NCBI GenBank assembly: GCA_000989565.1
Contig: LBOO01000003.1
Coordinates: 22,832 to 86,831, forward strand
Length of the DNA stretch: 64,000 bases
Origin: Candidatus Peregrinibacteria bacterium GW2011_GWA2_33_10
GTDB lineage: Bacteria; Patescibacteriota; Gracilibacteria; UBA1369; GWC2-33-13
Direction of reading: 5' to 3'
How positions within the stretch are numbered: position 1 is the first letter of the stretch; each line of letters starts with the position of its first letter. A program made the position numbers and the translations under genes. Below the pieces are notes generated by a model, which saw nothing but the letters and a program-made list of their open reading frames with translations, was not told the origin of the DNA and ran no database searches. This document shows, piece after piece, positions 20,172 to 28,078 of this stretch.

Positions 20172-22046
20172 TTATAATTTTTCTAAAATATTATATTTTT
20201 CATTTTTAAAAACTGTTTTTACTTGTGATTCCAGAAACTTTTTCATATTATCATAATCTCTTCCCGTATTTATGTCTGTTGCGTAAATCAAATAATTTAT
20301 TTGATAAAAATCAAGCATATTTTTAAATTTTGGTATATCGCGAAAATATAATTTTTTTTGGTTAATTTGGTGGTTGATGTTGAAAGGGATATCTGATTCA
20401 AAAAAAGTATATATATAATCTTTTCTAAAATATTTATAAAAGACAGTCATATTTTCAAAAAGTAGAAATTGATCGAGCTTTTCCGGCCTTTTTGCAATTG
20501 ATTCCTCTAAAGGATAGGCGTTAAGGTAGATAAATCTATTGTTTTTTTTGTTTTTTTCAAACCATTTTACAGCTTCCATGAAAGATGCTTCGGGCAGTCG
20601 GGCGTAACTGATTTTTTTTATAAAATGTATACTGTTAAAGAAAAAAATAATAACTAAAACAGTTATTATTATTTTCGATAGGGGTTTATAGTTTATTAAT
20701 TTGTAGAGGATAAAACCGCTGATTATGATAATAAATATATAATTGGCATATAAACCTCTTATTCCTCCAAAATTACTTAGTCCTATTTTTTGTGTTTGAG
20801 GAATTATGTCAATAAATAATAGGAATATGGGAATTAAAATTAAGATTAAATATTTTTCAAGCTTAGTTCGCAAAATAGAAAAAAATAAAACACCAAACAT
20901 CCCAAATAACGCCAGAAGATTTGTAATTATTGATATATTTCTCCATGTATCTGAGCTTAGATAGGAATGGAAAAGTTTAAATGTCAAGCTCCACCGTGAT
21001 GGCTCAAATTCTTTTTTTGGAAAAAAATAGATTTCTTTTGTTAAGAGAAAAATATCTATTATTACAACATTTATTAAAACAAAAGCTAAAATTGCAAAAG
21101 GTAAATTTATTTTATATTTAAACCAGAATTTTTTTAAAAATATGTTTTTAAATTTGAAAAGTGTTTTAATTGTTTTCGATTTTCGGCTAAATTTGAATTT
21201 GTCCCAGTAAAATCTGAGTGAGAACATAATCAGGCATATGTATATAAATAGAAAAAATCCTTTGTACATATATTCGATTAATTCAGGGCTTGATCTTTGG
21301 AGTCCGCCTAAGAACCAAAATACGCGTTTGAAACCTTTTAAATAATCCGGAAACACACTGCTTGTTAAGGCGAATCCTGTTATTAGGCTTAAAATAACCA
21401 TTAAAAAGTAATTTGCTGTTTTTTTTATTAAAAATTTATTTTGTTTTTTTATGGCTGATAATTCAAGAAAAAACATATAAATACTTATTATTCCCAAATA
21501 TATAAAAAAAATTTGAGAATATATGTTTAGACCTGCTACAAAGGTTAGAAGCAAAAGGAAGAAGCTTGTTTTTCCTTTTAAATATTTTATTAAGATTAAA
21601 AATAAAAAAGCGATAAAAGTTAAACTAAAATAAATTATTGAATTAACTTGACTAATCAAAAGAACCGCGGAGAAAAGAGAGCAGGAAATTAAAGCAATAT
21701 TTCTTTTGCCGAATAATTCCAGAGATAATAAGTAAGTTAAAAGAAAACCTAAAATAGGGCTTATGATCGTATTTAAAATAAAAGTTTCAGTTGTGGATAC
21801 TCCTGTTGTGATTTTAAATATGGCCGCCAGATATGCTTCAAACGGTCTTGTAATTGTCAGAATATTATAGTCGTTGTTTCTAATTATCCATTGTGTATGC
21901 TCCATGATCGTAGAAGTGTCATTGCCCGGCGCAATATAGCTTTTTTTGTGGATGATTAAATAAATTTTATATAAAAGTCCGAAAAATGAGCTGATCGCGA
22001 TTAATAAAAAGTAAATAGATGTTTTTTCTTTGTGCGTTTTATTCAT
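20172..22046 (-). CDS. Polytopic membrane protein, possible GT-C-fold glycosyltransferase
   Basis: About 12 hydrophobic segments, GND in the first loop, soluble C-terminal domain ending in FKNEKYNILE. Confidence 0.5.
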   Translation of the reverse strand: MNKTHKEKTSIYFLLIAISSFFGLLYKIYLIIHKKSYIAPGNDTSTIMEHTQWIIRNNDYNILTITRPFEAYLAAIFKITTGVSTTETFILNTIISPILGFLLTYLLSLELFGKRNIALISCSLFSAVLLISQVNSIIYFSLTFIAFLFLILIKYLKGKTSFFLLLLTFVAGLNIYSQIFFIYLGIISIYMFFLELSAIKKQNKFLIKKTANYFLMVILSLITGFALTSSVFPDYLKGFKRVFWFLGGLQRSSPELIEYMYKGFFLFIYICLIMFSLRFYWDKFKFSRKSKTIKTLFKFKNIFLKKFWFKYKINLPFAILAFVLINVVIIDIFLLTKEIYFFPKKEFEPSRWSLTFKLFHSYLSSDTWRNISIITNLLALFGMFGVLFFSILRTKLEKYLILILIPIFLLFIDIIPQTQKIGLSNFGGIRGLYANYIFIIIISGFILYKLINYKPLSKIIITVLVIIFFFNSIHFIKKISYARLPEASFMEAVKWFEKNKKNNRFIYLNAYPLEESIAKRPEKLDQFLLFENMTVFYKYFRKDYIYTFFESDIPFNINHQINQKKLYFRDIPKFKNMLDFYQINYLIYATDINTGRDYDNMKKFLESQVKTVFKNEKYNILEKL

Positions 22047-22410
22047 TTGTTTTTTTATATGAAAAATTCAGAAGTAGTATCAGTATGCCCAAAACGCATA
22101 TGCCGACAGGAATCAACATGGTGTTTTCAAAGGTCAATTTAAGGCCCGCCGCATTGGTAATCAGTGCGCTAAAAGGAACCAGTATAATAGATAAAGCTAT
22201 GCTATAAGTTATTATTTCAATAATATTTAAAAATTTTTTTTCGAAAAATATGAAAGTCCAAATAAATCCAGGGAGGAAGATTATATGAACAGTGCCGAAT
22301 ATTATTCGTAGAGATTGAGAATATGAAATCCAAGTTGATAAAACAAGAGAGCCAATAATCATGATTAAGAACAAAATTCCAAGTATTGTTAATATTTGTT
22401 TATTTGTCAT
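22039..22410 (-). CDS. Small membrane protein, DUF1616-like
   Basis: LRIIFG...IFLPGF...E..TYSIALSI pattern; overlaps the start of the 624-aa gene. Confidence 0.6.
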   Translation of the reverse strand: MTNKQILTILGILFLIMIIGSLVLSTWISYSQSLRIIFGTVHIIFLPGFIWTFIFFEKKFLNIIEIITYSIALSIILVPFSALITNAAGLKLTFENTMLIPVGICVLGILILLLNFSYKKTNE

Positions 22411-22545
22411 TTTTTTTAAAATTTTAATTTAAAAATTCGACTATTAGACTAAATTTAACTTTATAACTAAGAAAATTCAATATTAATTGATATTGACTTC
22501 AGTTAAGAAAATAGAGATAAATATTGATCGAATTTAAAAATTTTT

Positions 22546-23157
22546 ATGAAGATAATAAAAATAAATCGAGAAATAGTTGACGCGGATGTCGTGAAGTTGG
22601 TCACGGATATTTTACGTAATGGCGGAGTTGTCGTTCATCCGACAGATACTTGCTATGGTCTTGCCGCTGATGTTTTTAATAAAGCGGCTGTGGATAAAGT
22701 TGCGGGAATAAAGCAAATGGCTAAAGAAAAGCCGATTAGTGTGATTGCGGGTGATTTGAATAATTTACATAAGTTTGTTTATATTGATGAATCAACGCAA
22801 AAAATAATTGATCAATATTGGCCGGGTGCTCTTACAATAGTTTTTAAAAGGAAAAAAGTTTTTCCTTTATTTTATAATAATGGAAATGAAACCATTGGTA
22901 TAAGATATCCTAAATGCGGGTATTCATTGGCATTCGCAAAAAGTTTGAGTGGTTTCATTACTACTACGAGTGCAAATGTGACGGGATCTCAAAATCCGTA
23001 TAGTTTGCACGATATTTTAAGAGAATTTGACGCCCAAAAATTAAAACCGGATTTGGTTTTGGACGCAGGATTGTTGCCTGAAATTAAACCTTCAACAATT
23101 GTAAAAGTGGAAAATGATAAGATTGAAATTCTAAGGCGAGGAGAGTTGGAGTTATAA
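22546..23157 (+). CDS. tsaC: L-threonylcarbamoyladenylate synthase (TsaC/YrdC)
   Basis: PTDTCYGL, WPGALT, TTSAN, PSTIV, ILRRG. Confidence 0.95.
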   Translation: MKIIKINREIVDADVVKLVTDILRNGGVVVHPTDTCYGLAADVFNKAAVDKVAGIKQMAKEKPISVIAGDLNNLHKFVYIDESTQKIIDQYWPGALTIVFKRKKVFPLFYNNGNETIGIRYPKCGYSLAFAKSLSGFITTTSANVTGSQNPYSLHDILREFDAQKLKPDLVLDAGLLPEIKPSTIVKVENDKIEILRRGELEL

Positions 23158-23233
23158 TAACCGCAAATTCATATTGACTTTTTTATAAAAGAATCTAAGT
23201 TTAAATTTACAAAATTAATAACTTAATATTGGG

Positions 23234-23704
23234 TTGGAACATTATTTTTGGACTTTCTTTTTATCTATGTTTCCTTTTACTGAATTGCGTGTCGCGATTC
23301 CTTTAGCGATTCAAAAGTTTGGGATGAGTCCTTATGAAGCATATTTTTTTGGTGTTTTAGGTAATATTTTTCCCAATCTTTTTATCTTGTACGCGCTTGA
23401 CCCTGTTTCGAAATTTTTAATGAAACATTCAAAATTTTTTAATGTTTTTTTTTCTAAATTATTTGATAAAACCAGGACTAAACATTCTAAAAAGTTTCAA
23501 GAATATGGTGCTTTGTTTTTAGTTTTATTTATTGCCATCCCTTTGCCCGGAAGCGGTAGCTGGACAGGTTCTTTAATAGCTTTTTTATTTGGAGTCGCTT
23601 ATTGGCGCGCTTTATTTTTAGTGTCTTTAGGTGTCATGATTGCCGGTTTGATTATTACTTTGGGTTTTACCGGAGCTATTAAGTTTTTTGAATGGGTTAT
23701 TTGA
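23234..23704 (+). CDS. Small multi-drug export family membrane protein (COG2426-like)
   Basis: PFTELRVAIP, FIAIPLPGSGSWTG; TTG start. Confidence 0.85.
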   Translation: MEHYFWTFFLSMFPFTELRVAIPLAIQKFGMSPYEAYFFGVLGNIFPNLFILYALDPVSKFLMKHSKFFNVFFSKLFDKTRTKHSKKFQEYGALFLVLFIAIPLPGSGSWTGSLIAFLFGVAYWRALFLVSLGVMIAGLIITLGFTGAIKFFEWVI

Positions 23705-23716
23705 AACAATAATTGT

Positions 23717-23824
23717 TTCGTAATCCGTAATTCGTAATCCGTAATTCGTAAATGGAATAGATTAATATTAAAATTTTTCAATTTACGAATTACGAATTAC
23801 GGGTTACGAATTACGGATTGCTAA
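23717..23824. repeat. Inverted heptamer-repeat element, copy A
   Basis: (TTCGTAA/TCCGTAA) x5, a 31-nt AT-rich spacer, then (TTACGAA/TTACGGA-type) x5-6. Confidence 0.9.
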
Positions 23825-23980
23825 AATAACGTCAAGTTAATTTAGTATTTAATCTGATTTTTTTGTTTGACTTTTTTTTGTATAAGAGATAAAAAAATAA
23901 TACAGACGTTGGATAAAAAAATTATACGCATTCAAGGACAAAATTTTAGTTTAATATTATAGAATTACATATTTATTAAG

Positions 23981-24916
23981 ATGAAGATAAAGCATATTCC
24001 GGTTTTGAAAGTTGAAGTTATTGATTATTTGAATTTGGATAATGGCAAAATTATTGTTGATGGGACTTTGGGATTAGGCGGGCATTCGGAAGCGATATTG
24101 AAAAAAATCGGAAGAGGCGGGAAATTGATTGGTTTGGATAAAGATATTGATAATTTGGAAAGTGCTAAATTAAGATTGGGAGAGGGAAGGAAGAATGTTT
24201 ATTTATTTAATAAAGGTTTTGAAGATTTGATTGAAGTTCTTTCAAATTTAAAGATTAAGAAGGCGGATGGGGTATTATTGGATTTGGGTTTGAGTTCCGT
24301 GCATGTGGACAGTTCAGAAAAAGGGTTTTCTTTCAGAGCCGAGGGGCCGTTGGATATGAGATTTAACCGTTCAGATATAGAATCAATGACTGCAGCCGAT
24401 TTATTGAATTCATATAGTGAAAAAGAGTTAATGAGAGTTTTAAAATATTACGCAGAGGAGAAAAAATTTGTTCAAATATCCCGAAAAATTGTTGAAATAA
24501 GAAAGATTAAGTTATTTCGATCAACAAAAGATTTAAAGGATATAATAGAGATTTTTTATCCGCAGCAAAGAAATAATCATCATCATTTAGCTAGAATTTT
24601 TCAGAGTATCAGGATTGAAGTAAACAATGAATTGGAAGTTTTAAAAAAAGGATTGGATCAGGCTTTTCAGGCTTTAAGGAAAGGGGGAAGAATGGTTGTA
24701 ATATCTTATCATTCATTGGAAGATCGGATCGTAAAAAATTATTTTAGGGAGAAATTCAGGGCGTGTATCTGCCCGTCTCAGAAAATAATATGTGATTGTG
24801 GCAAAAAAAGAGAATTAAAAATTTTGACAAAAAAGCCGGTTATTCCCAATAACGAAGAAATATTCCAAAATCCTCGAAGTAGAAGCGCAAAATTAAGGGC
24901 GATTGAGAAAATATAA
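23981..24916 (+). CDS. rsmH: 16S rRNA m4C1402 methyltransferase
   Basis: HIPVL, DGTLGLGGHS, DLGLSS, GPLDMR, HSLEDR, NPRSRSAKLR. Confidence 0.99.
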   Translation: MKIKHIPVLKVEVIDYLNLDNGKIIVDGTLGLGGHSEAILKKIGRGGKLIGLDKDIDNLESAKLRLGEGRKNVYLFNKGFEDLIEVLSNLKIKKADGVLLDLGLSSVHVDSSEKGFSFRAEGPLDMRFNRSDIESMTAADLLNSYSEKELMRVLKYYAEEKKFVQISRKIVEIRKIKLFRSTKDLKDIIEIFYPQQRNNHHHLARIFQSIRIEVNNELEVLKKGLDQAFQALRKGGRMVVISYHSLEDRIVKNYFREKFRACICPSQKIICDCGKKRELKILTKKPVIPNNEEIFQNPRSRSAKLRAIEKI

Positions 24917-24948
24917 TTAATAATAATTTTAATTTTAATAATAAAATA

Positions 24949-25305
24949 ATGCAGCTAGTCATTCCTAAAAGTAGCGGATATCCGGGTATAAGAAAAAGGA
25001 CTTTATCTCAGCAGGTGAAGATCGGAACATTTTCTTTAATTATAATGATAGTTCTTTTATGCGCTTCAATGGCTGTTTTGTTTTTACTTAGATTTAACAG
25101 TATTTCGACTAAAGGTTATGTTTTAAGGAAATTAGAATCGGAAAGACTTCAGTTGGTGAAAGAAATCGAGAGAAAGGAAATGGAGATATCCAATGTAAGA
25201 ACTTTGGAGTTTATTTTAAATTCAGAAAAAGTTAAAAGAATGGTTCAGTTAAATCAGGATAGAATTGTGTATTTGAACAAGGATGATGGTTTGGCGAAGA
25301 AATAA
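24949..25305 (+). CDS. FtsL-like bitopic cell-division protein
   Basis: Directly after rsmH; basic N-terminus, one TM, coiled coil (STKGYVLRKLE). Confidence 0.6.
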   Translation: MQLVIPKSSGYPGIRKRTLSQQVKIGTFSLIIMIVLLCASMAVLFLLRFNSISTKGYVLRKLESERLQLVKEIERKEMEISNVRTLEFILNSEKVKRMVQLNQDRIVYLNKDDGLAKK

Positions 25306-25391
25306 AGATCAGATTGATTTCTCCAGATTGACTCAATTGACTCTATACTGTATTTTTTTAGTGTTTTTTTATAATATTTAATTTTAAATAT

Positions 25392-26441
25392 ATGACTTTA
25401 ATCCCTGAAATAAAAGCTTATTCGAGGGAAAATAATCCTTATGTTAAAATGTTTGAAAACGGTTATACTTTGAAGAATTTTAAGGAGCTTTTAAAAGTCG
25501 CGAAAGAAAATAAATTTGGTGTTGTTGCTATTAATGCAAGGCATAAAAGTATTGTTGAAGCAACTCTTGAAGCCGCGTGGCAGGAAAAATCACCTGTGAT
25601 TGTGGAAATTGCGGAGAGCGAACAATCATATTGCGCGATGGAACCTGAAAGATTGGGTGAAATAATGGAAGAATTAATTGCAAAAATGTTGAATAAATAT
25701 AATTATTCTGTGCCTGTTGCTTTGCATATGGATCATGTACAAAAGGATATTTCTTTGATTGACAGGGCTGTTAAGTCAGGATTTTCATCTGTGGAAGCGG
25801 ATTTTTCAAAATTTCCTTTAAATGAAAATATCGAAAAATCCAAGGAGGTTGTACAAAAATTACATCCCTTGGGAGTTTCCGTTGAATTGGAAGAAGGAGA
25901 AATCGGTTCTACATCGGCTTTGGTTGATCCGGATATTGATTCTAATATTGAAAATTATTACACTAAAGTTGAAGATGCGAAAGAATTAGCCGCACAGTGC
26001 AGACCTGACGCGCTTGCGATTTTTGTAGGGAATGGACATGGAAAATATTTAAAAGAACCTAAAATCGGGATTGAGAGAATAAGAGAAATTGCGCAAGCAG
26101 TACAAGAATATGATTGTCCAATCGTCCTTCACGGAGGTAGTTATTTGAGTAATGATGTGTTTAACGCAGCTATTGACGCAGGTGTAGCTAAAATCAATTA
26201 TGCGACCGCTGTTTCCGATATTATGTTTGATAATTTGCCTGCGGATTTAATTAAGGAAATGGAGGAGAAAGGCAAGGAATTAAATAAACCTTTACGTAAA
26301 GTTTTGTATTTGTTTTTGGATAAATTGGAACAGTTGGATGATAGTGTTTGGCAAAAAACCATTAATGCAATGGTGAGTCATATTAGAGATGTGATGAAAA
26401 ACGGGTTTAGAAGTTCGGGCATGGCCGGAAAATATCAGTGA
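25392..26441 (+). CDS. fba: Class II fructose-bisphosphate aldolase
   Basis: VALHMDH, VELEEGEIG, GNGHG, LHGGS, KIN. Confidence 0.9.
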   Translation: MTLIPEIKAYSRENNPYVKMFENGYTLKNFKELLKVAKENKFGVVAINARHKSIVEATLEAAWQEKSPVIVEIAESEQSYCAMEPERLGEIMEELIAKMLNKYNYSVPVALHMDHVQKDISLIDRAVKSGFSSVEADFSKFPLNENIEKSKEVVQKLHPLGVSVELEEGEIGSTSALVDPDIDSNIENYYTKVEDAKELAAQCRPDALAIFVGNGHGKYLKEPKIGIERIREIAQAVQEYDCPIVLHGGSYLSNDVFNAAIDAGVAKINYATAVSDIMFDNLPADLIKEMEEKGKELNKPLRKVLYLFLDKLEQLDDSVWQKTINAMVSHIRDVMKNGFRSSGMAGKYQ

Positions 26442-26468
26442 TTAGGAATTAGAGATTAGTTATCAGGA
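26434..26468 (+). repeat. Short tandem heptamer array (ATYAGNN), copy 3
   Basis: ATCAGTG ATTAGGA ATTAGAG ATTAGTT ATCAGGA. Confidence 0.7.
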
Positions 26469-26495
26469 AAAAATAACAATTATTAATTTTTTTAT

Positions 26496-27389
26496 ATGAA
26501 TTTAAGAGACTATTTGCATTCTTGTTATATTTCGGAGGATTTGACTTCTGTAATTATGTCTATTCTGAAGGCCGGAAAAGAGATTTCGGAGAAAATTAAA
26601 AATGTTGATATAGGTACGGCAGGTACGGAAAATATATATGGGGAAGAGCAAATGGCTTTAGATGTTTTATCAGATAAAATTTTTCAGCAAGAATTAAAAA
26701 GTAATCGGAACGTAGGTCTTATCGCGTCTGAAGAATTGCACGATGAGATCAAAATCGGTGATGGAAACTACGCGGTTTGCTATGATCCCTTGGATGGATC
26801 TTCTTTAATTGATACCAATCTTTCAGTAGGAAGCATTTTTAGCATATATGAATCTTCATCTTTTATCGGAGTTGCCGGGAAAGATCAATTGGTGGCCGGA
26901 TTTATTGTTTACGGACCGAGATTGACTTTGATTATTTCTGTTTCTCATGGGACGATTGAATGTTCTTATAAAGATAATGAATGGTTAGTTACAAAAGATA
27001 ATTTAATTGTTTCTGAGGGGAAAATGTTCGCGCCCGGTAATTTGCGGATAATTTCCGAGAGGGATGATTATATGAAATTAATGGAGTTTTGGATGAAAAA
27101 TGGTTATACGTTGAGGTATTCAGGGGGAATGGTGCCGGATATTAATCAGATTTTTTTGAAAGGAAAAGGAATTTTTATTTATCCGGGCTGTCCTTCAAAG
27201 CCTGAGGGAAAGCTGCGGTTGCTTTTTGAATGCGCTCCAATGGCTTTTTTAATGGAACAAGCAAAAGGTATTGCAACTGACGGTAATGCAAGAATTTTAG
27301 ATAAAGTTATTCAAAGTATTGATCAAAAGTCTCCTATTTATCTTGGAAGTATTGAGGAGGTAAAGAGAGTACAGACTTATTTATCTTGA
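26496..27389 (+). CDS. fbp: Class 1 fructose-1,6-bisphosphatase
   Basis: ASEE, DPLDGSS, LRYSGGMVPD, GKLRLLFECAPM. Confidence 0.97.
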   Translation: MNLRDYLHSCYISEDLTSVIMSILKAGKEISEKIKNVDIGTAGTENIYGEEQMALDVLSDKIFQQELKSNRNVGLIASEELHDEIKIGDGNYAVCYDPLDGSSLIDTNLSVGSIFSIYESSSFIGVAGKDQLVAGFIVYGPRLTLIISVSHGTIECSYKDNEWLVTKDNLIVSEGKMFAPGNLRIISERDDYMKLMEFWMKNGYTLRYSGGMVPDINQIFLKGKGIFIYPGCPSKPEGKLRLLFECAPMAFLMEQAKGIATDGNARILDKVIQSIDQKSPIYLGSIEEVKRVQTYLS

Positions 27390-27437
27390 ATATCGAAAGG
27401 TTTTCGCATATATTAAGTTACACTTTGATTTTATTTT

Positions 27438-28022
27438 ATGAATGAGACTTTTAAAGATAAGTTGACACTTGAGAAAAAAATCGATTATTTAGTGGAAAAG
27501 TGTCAGGAGGAAGATCAACAAGCTTTTTCACAATTATATGATTTATTGATTGATAAGGTTTATCGATATGTTTATTTTAAAGCAGTTCCCTCAGAGGTTG
27601 ATGATTTAGTCGCTATTTCATTTGTAAAAATTTGGACAAATATTAAAAAATATAAAAAACAAAAAGTGTCTTTCAGTGCTTGGGTTTTTAAAGTAGTTCG
27701 TAATGTGATCATTGATCATCATCGTTTTCATAGAAGCGTGGATGTTTTAGAGGATAATATTAAAGATGAAAGAAGCGAGGCAAATCCAAGGCATTTTACT
27801 GATCTTCAGATGAATTCTCATGTTTTGAAAAGGGCTTTATCTGAATTGAAAGAAAATTATCAACAAATTTTGGTTATGAAATATTTGAATGACATGTCGA
27901 ATGATGAAATAGCTTATGCTTTAAATAAGAGCAGATCTACTGTCAGGGTTCTTCAATTCAGGGCTCTTTCCGCCTTAAGGAAAATTTTGAGAAAAAAGCA
28001 AATTAGATTTTCGGATTTTTAG
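27438..28022 (+). CDS. ECF-type RNA polymerase sigma factor
   Basis: AFSQLYD, FSAWVFKVVRNVIIDHHR (region 2); EIAYALNKSRSTVRVLQFRA (region 4). Confidence 0.93.
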   Translation: MNETFKDKLTLEKKIDYLVEKCQEEDQQAFSQLYDLLIDKVYRYVYFKAVPSEVDDLVAISFVKIWTNIKKYKKQKVSFSAWVFKVVRNVIIDHHRFHRSVDVLEDNIKDERSEANPRHFTDLQMNSHVLKRALSELKENYQQILVMKYLNDMSNDEIAYALNKSRSTVRVLQFRALSALRKILRKKQIRFSDF

Positions 28023-28047
28023 AAACGTATTCCCATGTTTATACGTT
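28022..28047 (+). promoter_or_regulatory. Putative ECF-type promoter upstream of the anti-sigma-like gene
   Basis: GAAAC (28022-28026), N17, CGTT (28044-28047); also an AAACGTAT/ATACGTTT inverted repeat. Confidence 0.5.
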
Positions 28048-28078
28048 TAAATTAATAGAAGGGAAGTATAATTAAATT

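Noticed and set aside
23599..23824. Heptamer repeats as a CRISPR array or as the 60-aa ORF (LRITDYELRIT)
   Set aside because: The units are 7 nt with no unique spacers and no cas genes; the ORF is just the repeat translated.
25392..27389. Genetic code 25 (TGA = Gly) as in Gracilibacteria
   Set aside because: fba, fbp, jag and others end at TGA at expected lengths, and conserved genes have no in-frame TGA.
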